Shown: positions 19,136-28,198 of the stretch, piece by piece
Numbering within the stretch: position 1 is the stretch's first letter
Layout: every line of letters starts with the position of its first letter
NCBI GenBank assembly: GCA_963707025.1
Contig: CAVPOM010000018.1
Span: forward strand, 160,001 to 224,000
Source of the DNA: an uncultured Verrucomicrobiae bacterium
GTDB taxonomy: Bacteria; Verrucomicrobiota; Verrucomicrobiia; Limisphaerales; Palsa-1400
Reading direction: 5' to 3'
Length of the DNA stretch: 64,000 bases
The notes under the pieces: generated by a model
Databases searched by the model: none
What the model was told of the DNA's origin: nothing
The model's input: only the letters and a program-made list of their open reading frames with translations
Program-made: the position numbers and the translations under genes

Positions 19136-19984
19136 CTATTTGTTCTCCACCTTGGCGGGGGCCAGACCGGCCTTGGCCGGTTCGGAGGCGCGGGGTTGCA
19201 GCCACTTCAAAATCCGATGGGGCTTGCCGGGCTGGAGGAGCACGGAGGACAGGAAAGCTCTCAACTGTTCCCCGGTCACGCCCCGCACCAACTGCCCCTT
19301 GTAGGCGTGGGAAATGGAGCCGGTTTCCTCCGACACCACCACCACAACCGCGTCGGTTTGTTCGGACAGCCCGATGGCGGCGCGGTGGCGGGTGCCCAGG
19401 GAGGCGGCCAAATCCTGCCGCTGGCTCAAGGGGAAGATGCAGGCGGCATAGGCAATGCGGTCGCCCTTGATGATGACGCCGCCGTCGTGAATGGCGTTGT
19501 TGGGAAAAAAGATCGTTTCCAGCATCTCCGGGGTGGCTTCGCAATCCACCAGCAGCCCCGACTCGGTGGCTTCCTGCAATTGGATGGATTGCTCGATGGC
19601 GATGAGCGCGCCGATGCGCACGTCGGCCAGGCGCTCGACGGTCTGGATGATGACTTCGATGTTCTCGCGCTGTTCGCGCGTGGCGTTGAAGAGCGGATGG
19701 GTGCCCAGTTCGGCCAGAATGCGGCGCAGTTCCGGCTGGAAAATAATCAGGACGGCGACGGCGGCAAAGGCGACGAAGGAGCGCAGGAGCCAGTTCAACA
19801 CCTCCAGTTGCAACACCTGGGCCAGCAGGGTCAAACTCAGCAGGAGCAGGACAAAGCCGTAAACGACCGGCGCCCCGCGCGTGCCGCGCACAAAGTTGAG
19901 GCTGAAATAAATGGCCACCGAAAGAATGGCAATTTCCAGCACGGGCCGCCAGCCGTCATTTATGTCGTGGAGAATGCTATGCAT
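19136..19984 (-). CDS. cdaA: Diadenylate cyclase CdaA (DAC domain, 3 TM)
   Basis: IIFQPELRRIL, IGALIAIE, IHDGG, GTRHRAAIGLSE, VSEETG. Confidence 0.95.
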   Translation of the reverse strand: MHSILHDINDGWRPVLEIAILSVAIYFSLNFVRGTRGAPVVYGFVLLLLSLTLLAQVLQLEVLNWLLRSFVAFAAVAVLIIFQPELRRILAELGTHPLFNATREQRENIEVIIQTVERLADVRIGALIAIEQSIQLQEATESGLLVDCEATPEMLETIFFPNNAIHDGGVIIKGDRIAYAACIFPLSQRQDLAASLGTRHRAAIGLSEQTDAVVVVVSEETGSISHAYKGQLVRGVTGEQLRAFLSSVLLQPGKPHRILKWLQPRASEPAKAGLAPAKVENK

Positions 19985-20822
19985 CAATTTGCCCTTCCAT
20001 CAGGCAACGGGTCAACTCCACCGCCTGCCGGGTCGCGGCCACGTCATGCGTGCGGATGATCCCCACGCCCTGCTGCGCCGCCCAGCAGGCGCAGGCCAGG
20101 GAGGCCGGCAGCCGCTCCGGCGGGGCGGCCCCGGACATCTGGCCCAGGAACGATTTGCGGGAGGCTCCCAGCAAGAGCGGGCGCTGCCATTTTGTAAAAG
20201 CGCCCAGGTGGGCCAGCAATTGCAAATTATCCTCCCGCCGCTTGCCAAAACCAATCCCCACATCCAGCGCCACCTGCTCGGCCGGCAGGCCGCACCCGGC
20301 CAGCCGGGCCAGGCGTCCGCCAAAAAACTCGTTCACCTCCGCCACCACATTCTTGTAAACAGGATTAAGCTGCATGGTCTCCGGCGTGCCTTGCATGTGC
20401 GTCAGCACATAGCCGGCACCGCTTTGGGCGGCGACGCGCCACATCTCCTCGTCGTCGCGGTTGGCGGCGATGTCATTGACCAGGCTGGCGCCGGCGCGCA
20501 ACGCCGCCCGCGCCACCGCCGGTTTGATCGTATCAATGGAGATGGCAATGGCAAGCTTGCCCGCCAATTGTTCGATCACCGGAATGACCCGCCGCAACTC
20601 CTCCCCTTCCGGCACCGGCCTGGCTCCGGGCCGGGTGGATTCTCCGCCAATGTCAATGAAGTCGGCTCCTTCGCCGGCCAGTTGCAGCGCGCGGGCCACG
20701 GCCCGGTCGGTGGAAAAATACTCCCCGCCGTCGGAAAACGAATCCGGGGTCACATTCACCACACCCATGAGCAGGGCGCGGCCGGGAAAGGCATATTCAA
20801 ATTGGCGGGCGCGCAACAGCAT
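19977..20822 (-). CDS. folP: Dihydropteroate synthase
   Basis: MGVVNVTPDSFSDGG, DIGGESTRPG, GIGFGK, GASRKSF, IRTHDV. Confidence 0.96.
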   Translation of the reverse strand: MLLRARQFEYAFPGRALLMGVVNVTPDSFSDGGEYFSTDRAVARALQLAGEGADFIDIGGESTRPGARPVPEGEELRRVIPVIEQLAGKLAIAISIDTIKPAVARAALRAGASLVNDIAANRDDEEMWRVAAQSGAGYVLTHMQGTPETMQLNPVYKNVVAEVNEFFGGRLARLAGCGLPAEQVALDVGIGFGKRREDNLQLLAHLGAFTKWQRPLLLGASRKSFLGQMSGAAPPERLPASLACACWAAQQGVGIIRTHDVAATRQAVELTRCLMEGQIDA

Positions 20823-21024
20823 TTATCCGGCGCTGCCAACTCGCGCAGGCCGGCATAAACTATGAACCTCCCCGGCGGGCGCTGTCAACGCCCGCGAGAA
20901 AATTACCGGAAAAAAAGCCGCCGGTCATGCGCCAGGGACGCCGGGGAAAGGTGGGGTCCCGGCCAGCCGGGACTGCCCGCCGTCGGGCCTTGGGAGAGGA
21001 ACCGACGTCGCACCACCTTCGTGC

Positions 21025-21058
21025 GGCGGGTCCCGATAATTCGGGACCCGCCCTGCCA
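21025..21058. repeat. REP-like hairpin with GGTCCCGATAATTCGGGACC core (reverse copy at about 59801-59835)
   Basis: About 34 nt shared with one mismatch between the two loci. Confidence 0.7.
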
Positions 21059-21091
21059 CCCGTGACTGGCGCATTACGGCGGCGCGCGGGG

Positions 21092-21721
<630 letters not shown>

Positions 21722-21874
21722 AGTTTTTGCGTGTTAATGTTTAGAGTTCAAATTTCGTTGCCGCATGGGCAATTTCACTGTCAACGACCCTTTAAAAATA
21801 GCAGACCTCCGCCCGAACACAAGCGCGGCGTTTTCGCTCGCGGCCGGAAGCATTTCACTCTGTTGGGCAACCGC

Positions 21875-21964
21875 CTCCTAATCTTAATCTTAATCCTAAT
21901 CTTAATCTCCTTCGGGCAACCGGTTCATGCGGATTAAGATTAGGATTAAGATTAGGATTAGGAG
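21875..21964. repeat. (TAATCY)n hexamer-repeat palindrome, copy 2
   Basis: 33-nt arms 21875-21907 and 21932-21964, 32/33 inverted match. Confidence 0.9.
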
Positions 21965-22060
21965 ACAGAAAGCGCCACCTAAAAAAGTGAAATGCGCCCG
22001 GCCGGCCCGGCCCGGCCACCAGCCGGTCTTGGCCATTACAAAAAAAACCGCATTTTTCCC

Positions 22061-22094
22061 TTGCACTGTTACCCGGTTAGTATTACCGTGGTAA
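22061..22094 (+). promoter_or_regulatory. Promoter and probable BlaI operator
   Basis: TTGCAC at 22061 and palindrome TTACC-GT-GGTAA (22083-22094) just upstream of the repressor ATG. Confidence 0.55.
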
Positions 22095-22099
22095 CTGTT

Positions 22100-22486
22100 A
22101 TGACCAATCCAAGGATCCATCGCCTCGGCGATCTGCAACTCAAAATCATGAAGGCGCTTTGGGACCGCCCCGAAGCCACCGTCTCCCAAGTCCACCAAAC
22201 CGTTTCGCCCGACGGCGGCCTGGCCCACTCCACCATCGCCACCATGCTGCGCAAGATGGAGGGGCGCGGGCTGGTCAAACACCGCCTGCTGGACCGCAAG
22301 TTCCTCTACCGCGCCCTGGTGCGGGAGGAGGTGGTGGCGCGCAAGATGTCCGAGCATTTCATCGAGGGCCTTTTCGAGGGCAGCCTGGCCGACATGGTGG
22401 CCCACCTGCTCCAAACCCGGGACATCAGCCGCCAGGAGTTGGAACGGCTGGAAAAACTCATCGCGGAGCAAAAAAGGAAATTATGA
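22100..22486 (+). CDS. BlaI/MecI/CopY-family transcriptional repressor
   Basis: LGDLQLKIMKALW, LAHSTIATMLRKMEGRGLV, LFEGSLADMVAHL. Confidence 0.92.
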   Translation: MTNPRIHRLGDLQLKIMKALWDRPEATVSQVHQTVSPDGGLAHSTIATMLRKMEGRGLVKHRLLDRKFLYRALVREEVVARKMSEHFIEGLFEGSLADMVAHLLQTRDISRQELERLEKLIAEQKRKL

Positions 22487-25400
22487 TGACGCCGGATTTG
22501 CCTTTTTGGACGCGGCTGCTGGCCCACATCGCGGTGGAGGCGGCTTGCGTGGTGGGGATTGCTTTGCTCCTGGACAGGCTCATTCGCCCGGCGTTTTGGC
22601 GGCGCGCCTTGTGGCAAAGCGCGGCCGTCTGCCTCTTGCTCTTGACCGCCTCCGATCTGAGCGGTTTTGGCCGCGGCCTGGCCTCTTTTGTCTTCGGCCA
22701 CGCGCGCCCGGAACAAAAATTCGCCGTCTGGACCAGCCCCGTGGAAGCCGCGCCAATGCCGCTGCCACCGCCGCCGCGCTCCTTCGCGCCCGCTCCGGCC
22801 GCCGTTACCCTGCCCGTGGTCAAACCTGAAATCGCCCGGCCTGTTTGGTGGCCCGGCCTGCTCTGGCTCGGGGGCGGATTGGCCGTTCTGGGCCGTGTGG
22901 CTGCGGCGCAGATTCTTTTCATTTCGCTTCGCCGCCGCCGGCCCCATCTGGCCCGCGGCGATTTGAACAACCGCGTCGCCGCCATCCTGCAACGGCTGGC
23001 GGTGCGCCGTAAAATCCGCCTGCTCCAGTCTCCGGGCCTGACCGGCCCGATTGCCTTTGGCATACTGCGGCCCAGCGTCGGTCTGCCGGTGGATTTCGCC
23101 GCCAAATTCAGCCGCGCCGAGCAAGACGCCATGCTGGCGCATGAGCTGGCCCATCTGGCGGCGCGCGATCCGCTCTGGTATTTGCTGGCGGACGTGAGCA
23201 GCGCGGCGTTGTGGTGGCATCCGCAGGCCTGGTGGGCGCGCCGACGGCTCCATCGCGCCAGCGAACTGGCCGCCGACGAAGCCGCCGCGATTTTCCCCGA
23301 CGGCCCCGGCGCGCTGGCCCGGTGCCTGGTGAGCTTGGGGAAGCAAATGACCGGGTTTCCCGCCGCGAGCCGGATGGGCGTGGAAGGCGGCGGTTTCCGT
23401 TCCAATCTGGCCGAGCGTGTGCAACGTCTGCTTCGCCTGGCGGACACGGCGCGGCAACCGTCTTATGGCTGGCGCGCCCATGCCGCGAGATTCGGTGTCA
23501 TCATCGCCATTTCCGCCGCCGCCGTTGGGCTGTCCGGCTGTCTGCAAAACCGCGATGCCGTAAAGCAACCGACCTTGCAGGCGAACTTGAGCCAGGCCTG
23601 GGACGCCTCGCCCGCCGCGACCGTCTGGCATTCCGCGCTGCCGGCTGGAAAACCCGAACCTCCCGCGCCAAAAGCGATTACCGCCCTGCCGGTCAAATTT
23701 GAGTTGGGGGTCGTTGCAGCCGGCCAGCCGGGCAGTCCGCCGGTTCCCAACGCTGAGGCCAACGCCAGTCAACTGGGCGCTGGGTATGAGATTACCTTCA
23801 ACTCGCATCCGCGAGTTCGGAACGCCGCCGCTAACACCGATCAGACTGGCACTAGCAATGGCCGCGAGGCCATCGTGCGCAAGCTGCAAAACATCAAATT
23901 GGGCGAAGTGCCGGACGGTTTTGAACAAGGATTACCGCTGAGTGAAGTGCTGAACATCCTGACCAGGCTCGCCATCTCAAAGGACATTGACCACACCGGC
24001 GTCAATTTCCTGTTCAATCCGCGCGTCGGCGGCAACGCGGCAGGGGAACTCGTTGACCCCGGCACCATCACCATAAAAATCACTCCGCCCCTCAGAAACG
24101 TGAACTTGCTGCAAATGTTGGACGCGATCCGCCATACGGCCGACCAGCCTATTGACTTTTCGGTGGCCGATTACGCCGTGTGGTTTTTCGTCAAACCGCC
24201 GGCGAACGCCGCGCTGGAAAGCAGGCTTCAGCCCTTGCTTAATCCCGGTCCCGGCACAAGCCAGGAACGCCAGGCTGTCATGAGCAGACTGCAAGACCTC
24301 ACCATGAAGGAACAGCCGTCCGGTTTTGAACAAGGCCTGCCGTTGAGTGAAGTGCTGAACATCTTGAACAAGCTCTCCATCTCAAAGGACGCTGACCACA
24401 GCGGCGTCAATTTCCTGTTCAATCCGCGCGCCGGCGCCAACGCGGCCGGGGAGCTGGTTGACCCCGGCACCATCACCATAAAAATCACTCCGCCCCTCAA
24501 AAACGTGACCCTGTTGCAACTGTTGGACGCAATTCGCCAAATGGCTGACCAGCCCCTTGACTTTTCGGTGACAGATTACGCCGTGTGGTTTTTCGTCAAA
24601 CCACCGGAGGCCGCGCCGCCGGAAATCAGGACTCAGCCCGTCCCTCTTCCCAGTCCCGCAGCGAAGCAGGGCAATCTCGCGCCGCAGGTAGCGCCCGAAC
24701 CTGCGCTTCCTCCCAATGCGTTGAAGGCGATGCAAACTCCCACCAATGGAGCGGCCACCACGGAGGTCTTCTTGCTCCGATACGCTGATGCCAAGGCCGT
24801 CGCCTCTGCATTGAAGGATGTTTTCAACGCTCCAGACTCCAGACGCGGCGGCGGCGTTGCGGCTGCCGGCGGACGCCCCGGGCGCGCCGCGGCTCGCCTC
24901 AATGCGGTCGCGGATGACAGGAACAACGCCGTCTTGGTCAGCGCCCCTGGAGACTGGATGCCTGGCATCTCCAACATCCTGCTCAAGCTGGATATTCCGC
25001 AAGAAGACACCGTCCAGATCAAACTTTTTAAACTCCGTAGTGCCGATTGCACCGACGTGGCCAACCACCTGCTCGCCCTTTTCCCCGAACCAAAACTCCA
25101 GGCCAACCAGCCGAACCGAAACGGAGGCCGGGGCGCTACTCTCAAGGAGCAAGCCGCCGTCAACGCCGTGCCTGATCCGCGCACCCACTCAGTCCTGGTC
25201 ACCGCTTCAAAAGATACCATGGTCCAAATCACGAGAATCATTGACGAGATGGACAACGAACCGGCCCGGTCTGGGAAGTCATCTTCGCCGGCCGTGAAAG
25301 GTCAAGAGCCGCCTGAGCCAGCTTCGCTGGAAACGCGGATGTTTCATGTCAGCCCCGATATTTTCGTCCGGGGATTGGAAAAAATGTCTCCGCAAATCCC

Positions 25401-26409
25401 TGCCGGACAAAGCAATGCACCCGAAGGAGCCAGAATCGCCGACAGCGGAATCGGCGGCGGCGGGTTGGCTGGCGGAACTGGAGGCATCGGAGGAGGTATT
25501 GGCGCCGGGCTTGGAGGCCCTCCTTTTAGCACCCTCACCAACGCAACGGCTGGTCGCGGCGGAGTTGTAGTTCCGCTTGGAGGCCCTCCTTTTAGCACCC
25601 TCACCAACGCTACAAAGGATAACCTTATGGTGAGCCGCTATTTTACGAGCCTGGGCATTAACCTGACCAATAATGGGGCGTTCGTTTTTTTCAACAACCG
25701 CACTGGCGACATCCTGGTCCGAACCACGGCGCACGATTTGGATGCGGTGGAACGGGTCATCCAACTGCTCAACAAAACCCCGCCCCAAGTCCAGATTGAC
25801 GTCAAGTTCGCCAGCATGCCAGTGGGAGGTTACAAAAGCTTGGGCCAGGACTGGCCGACGACAAACGCCACCCTGCTTACAAACAGCCCCACCATCCTCG
25901 ATTCGTTGAATGACCGGCAGTTCCGCAGCGTCATCAACGCCATTGAACGAAAAAACGGAGCGGATATACTCAGCGCGCCCCGAGTGACAACGGAGAGCGG
26001 GCGAGCGGCGCATATCGCCATCCCAGACATCTTTGCGCCTGGCGACACCAACTATTTCCCGGAGACCGGTCCGACCGTGGACGTTCTTCCCACAGTTTCC
26101 GCGGACGGCTTCTCCATCCAAATGCTAATCATCCCCAGCTCCACGGAATTCGTCGGATATGATAACCCGGTGACGGCGCATTTGCCCGTGCCTCATTACC
26201 GTCTGAGACAGACGGTGATCACGACAAATGTTTTCGATGGCAATACGCTTGTCCTGCGCCCTCTCCCGGCGGAGAACGCCACCAACCAAAACCCGGTGTT
26301 CCTGATCTTCATTACGCCAACGCTCATTGACCCCGCCGGCAACCGCCTCCACACGGCCGAGGAGATGCCCATGGCCCGGCCACAGCCAGTCCCCAACCCT
26401 CCAAAATAG
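22483..26409 (+). CDS. BlaR1/M56 metallopeptidase fused to duplicated N-domains, NolW-like domains and a degenerate secretin domain
   Basis: GPIAFGILRP, LAHELAH, WWHP, ELAADE (M56); FLLRYADA/AVADDRNNAVLV and VPDPRTHSVLV (N3-like); PQVQIDVKF, ILSAPRVTT, GPTVDVLPTV, IFITPTLIDPAG (secretin); ATGA overlap with the repressor. Confidence 0.85.
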   Translation: MMTPDLPFWTRLLAHIAVEAACVVGIALLLDRLIRPAFWRRALWQSAAVCLLLLTASDLSGFGRGLASFVFGHARPEQKFAVWTSPVEAAPMPLPPPPRSFAPAPAAVTLPVVKPEIARPVWWPGLLWLGGGLAVLGRVAAAQILFISLRRRRPHLARGDLNNRVAAILQRLAVRRKIRLLQSPGLTGPIAFGILRPSVGLPVDFAAKFSRAEQDAMLAHELAHLAARDPLWYLLADVSSAALWWHPQAWWARRRLHRASELAADEAAAIFPDGPGALARCLVSLGKQMTGFPAASRMGVEGGGFRSNLAERVQRLLRLADTARQPSYGWRAHAARFGVIIAISAAAVGLSGCLQNRDAVKQPTLQANLSQAWDASPAATVWHSALPAGKPEPPAPKAITALPVKFELGVVAAGQPGSPPVPNAEANASQLGAGYEITFNSHPRVRNAAANTDQTGTSNGREAIVRKLQNIKLGEVPDGFEQGLPLSEVLNILTRLAISKDIDHTGVNFLFNPRVGGNAAGELVDPGTITIKITPPLRNVNLLQMLDAIRHTADQPIDFSVADYAVWFFVKPPANAALESRLQPLLNPGPGTSQERQAVMSRLQDLTMKEQPSGFEQGLPLSEVLNILNKLSISKDADHSGVNFLFNPRAGANAAGELVDPGTITIKITPPLKNVTLLQLLDAIRQMADQPLDFSVTDYAVWFFVKPPEAAPPEIRTQPVPLPSPAAKQGNLAPQVAPEPALPPNALKAMQTPTNGAATTEVFLLRYADAKAVASALKDVFNAPDSRRGGGVAAAGGRPGRAAARLNAVADDRNNAVLVSAPGDWMPGISNILLKLDIPQEDTVQIKLFKLRSADCTDVANHLLALFPEPKLQANQPNRNGGRGATLKEQAAVNAVPDPRTHSVLVTASKDTMVQITRIIDEMDNEPARSGKSSSPAVKGQEPPEPASLETRMFHVSPDIFVRGLEKMSPQIPAGQSNAPEGARIADSGIGGGGLAGGTGGIGGGIGAGLGGPPFSTLTNATAGRGGVVVPLGGPPFSTLTNATKDNLMVSRYFTSLGINLTNNGAFVFFNNRTGDILVRTTAHDLDAVERVIQLLNKTPPQVQIDVKFASMPVGGYKSLGQDWPTTNATLLTNSPTILDSLNDRQFRSVINAIERKNGADILSAPRVTTESGRAAHIAIPDIFAPGDTNYFPETGPTVDVLPTVSADGFSIQMLIIPSSTEFVGYDNPVTAHLPVPHYRLRQTVITTNVFDGNTLVLRPLPAENATNQNPVFLIFITPTLIDPAGNRLHTAEEMPMARPQPVPNPPK

Positions 26410-26418
26410 GGCCGTGGC

Positions 26419-27426
26419 TAGAGCGTTTCCATAAATGATATAGCTTGACTGGGGCGAGAGGGCTGGCAGGCTTGAGCCATGCGAGCGATACCCGTGTCTG
26501 CGCGCGAGCGCATCCTGCAACTCTATGAACAAGGCAAAAGCACCCGCGAGATCGCGGACTTTTTCGGCTTTTGCGTGGCGGCGGTGCGCCGGGTCCGACA
26601 GCAGTTCCAAGAGCGCGGCACGCTCCAGCCGCAAACCCATTTGTGCGGGCGCAAAACGCTGCTGAACGCCGGACGCCAGGCTCGCCTGCAAAAGCTGGTG
26701 GCGGCCCAGCCCGACGCGACGTTGGCCGAGTTGGGGGCGCGTCTGGACCGCCCTTTCGGGACCTCCACTGTGGATTTGTGGCTGCGCAAACTGGGGTTGA
26801 GCTATAAAAAAAACGCTCTGCGCCGCCGAGCAGAACCGTCCGGACGTGGCCGAAAAGCGGGCCCATTGGCATGAGCGTCTGGCAAGTGACCCACCTGCCC
26901 GACTGGTCTTCGTGGATGAAAGCGGGGCCAACACCAAGATGACCCGTTTTTGCGGGCGGTCACCCGTGGGCCGAAGACTGGCGGCCCACGTCCCGCAGGG
27001 ACATTATCAGACCACCACCCTGGTCTGCGCCATTCGTCTGGCCGGGCCTGCGGCCCCCTGCCTCTTTGAGGGGGCCATGGACGGGGAAATGTTTTTGGCC
27101 TGGATCCAGCAGGGGCTGGTGGTGGAGTTGCGCAAGGGTGACTTGGTCATCATGGACAACTTGGCCACGCATAAGGTGACCGGAGTCCGCCAAGCCATCG
27201 AAGAGGCCGGGGCAACGCTGCTGTATCTGCCGCCCTATTCGCCAGACTTTAATCCCATCGAAAATATGTGGAGCAAGGTCAAACAAATTATGCGAGGTCT
27301 CGCGCCGCGAACCGCCAAGGAACTGCTCCAAGCGGCGAAGATTGCCTTTGAAGCCATCTCCACCGCCGATTGCCGGGGCTTCTTTTTAAACGCCCGCTAC
27401 GCTACATGATTTATGGAAATGCTCTA
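26419..27426 (+). mobile_element. IS630-family insertion sequence (complete, coordinates include flanking TA)
   Basis: TAGAGCGTTTCCATAAAT / ATTTATGGAAATGCTCTA, 17/18 inverted, TA at both ends. Confidence 0.92.
26479..27409 (+). CDS. IS630 transposase, split at an A8 run (26806-26813) into HTH and DDE frames
   Basis: OrfA HTH ending SYKK; OrfB KKTLCAAEQNRPDV...FVDESG, IMDNLATHK, YLPPYSPDFNPIE. Confidence 0.92.
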
Positions 27427-27485
27427 ATCCAATTGTTGTAGTGTCGGCGCTGCGCGCCGATTTCCGCAATTTCCGTATTTTCCCT

Positions 27486-27514
27486 TTGACAAAGCCGCCC
27501 TTAAAGCCTAATCT
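27486..27514 (+). promoter_or_regulatory. sigma70-type promoter
   Basis: TTGACA-17 nt-TAATCT. Confidence 0.55.
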
Positions 27515-27521
27515 TCCCTAC

Positions 27522-27770
27522 GTGAAAAGGGCGGTCAATATGGAGTCGGTGAGCTTCAGTCCCGCGTTTGGATCGGGGACGATTCCATACATAACCAATT
27601 CACTGTACTTTGAGGTTCCCGGCGCATTTCCTGTCCTCCGCAGCTTTCAGCGAAGGAAGATGAGCCTTTTTGCGGCAAATAAACTCAAGTGCCTTTCCAT
27701 GAACCATTTACACGCCAAAATGAGTTTTCCGGGTCAAACCAAGTCAAACCTGGTCAAGGTAGTTTTTTGA
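27522..27770 (+). CDS. Possible leaderless small hypothetical protein (82 aa)
   Basis: GTG at the expected transcription start of the promoter above; atypical codon usage, no recognised motif. Confidence 0.25.
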   Translation: MKRAVNMESVSFSPAFGSGTIPYITNSLYFEVPGAFPVLRSFQRRKMSLFAANKLKCLSMNHLHAKMSFPGQTKSNLVKVVF

Positions 27771-27834
27771 ACCTCCGTGCCCATCTTTCCATCGCTCCAA
27801 TACATAACCATTTCACTTATGTATTAGCCAAAGA

Positions 27835-27993
27835 GAACCACAGATGAACGCGGATGAGCACCGGTTCAGCGGCACAGAACAGCGGGTTTCTCCGGACGCT
27901 TTCCGGCCACAGGTCGCTGGTGCCAGCTTCACACAGAAAAAAGCACATTATCGCCCCGCCCCATCCGTGTCTATCCGTGTCCATCGGTGGTTC
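27835..27993. repeat. Palindromic element with ~10-nt periodic arms
   Basis: GAACCACAGATGAACGCGGATGAGCAC... and ...ATCCGTGTCTATCCGTGTCCATCGGTGGTTC. Confidence 0.75.
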
Positions 27994-28028
27994 CTATTGC
28001 ATTTTTCCGGCTCAGTCTTTAGCCAATC

Positions 28029-28111
28029 CCCAGGTAGGGACGCCGTCCCGATTCGGAATCGGGATCCGGGTCGGCGCAGCGCGCCGACCCTCCCAAAAAT
28101 CCAGATGCGCC
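28029..28111. repeat. GTAG-type REP element with micro-palindrome insert (sister of 15741-15822)
   Basis: GGTAGGGACGCCGTCCCGATTCGGAATCGGGAT...GTCGGCGCAGCGCGCCGACCCTCCCAAAAATCCAGATGCGCC. Confidence 0.7.
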
Positions 28112-28198
28112 AACTCAAGACTCTCCCAATTTGGGATTGCGTAACTTGGCCGTCTGGATAAACTGGCCGAACCCAAAAGCCATGAGGACTATCAATTT

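Noticed and set aside
20825..21020. Possible riboswitch upstream of folP
   Set aside because: GC-rich hairpins present but no aptamer consensus I can recognise; an Infernal/Rfam search would be needed
21731..21965. Short ORFs with ILILIL or NLNLNL runs (also near 29590, 41020, 63390)
   Set aside because: Translations of the TAATCY hexamer repeat, not proteins
25509..25610. CRISPR-like geometry (36-nt repeat, 30-nt spacer, nearby GTTGTAG...CTACAA)
   Set aside because: Only two copies, in frame inside a CDS, with no cas genes or leader; treated as an intragenic duplication
27844..28161. 105-aa and 96-aa ORFs upstream of the oxidoreductase
   Set aside because: Made entirely of two palindromic repeat elements
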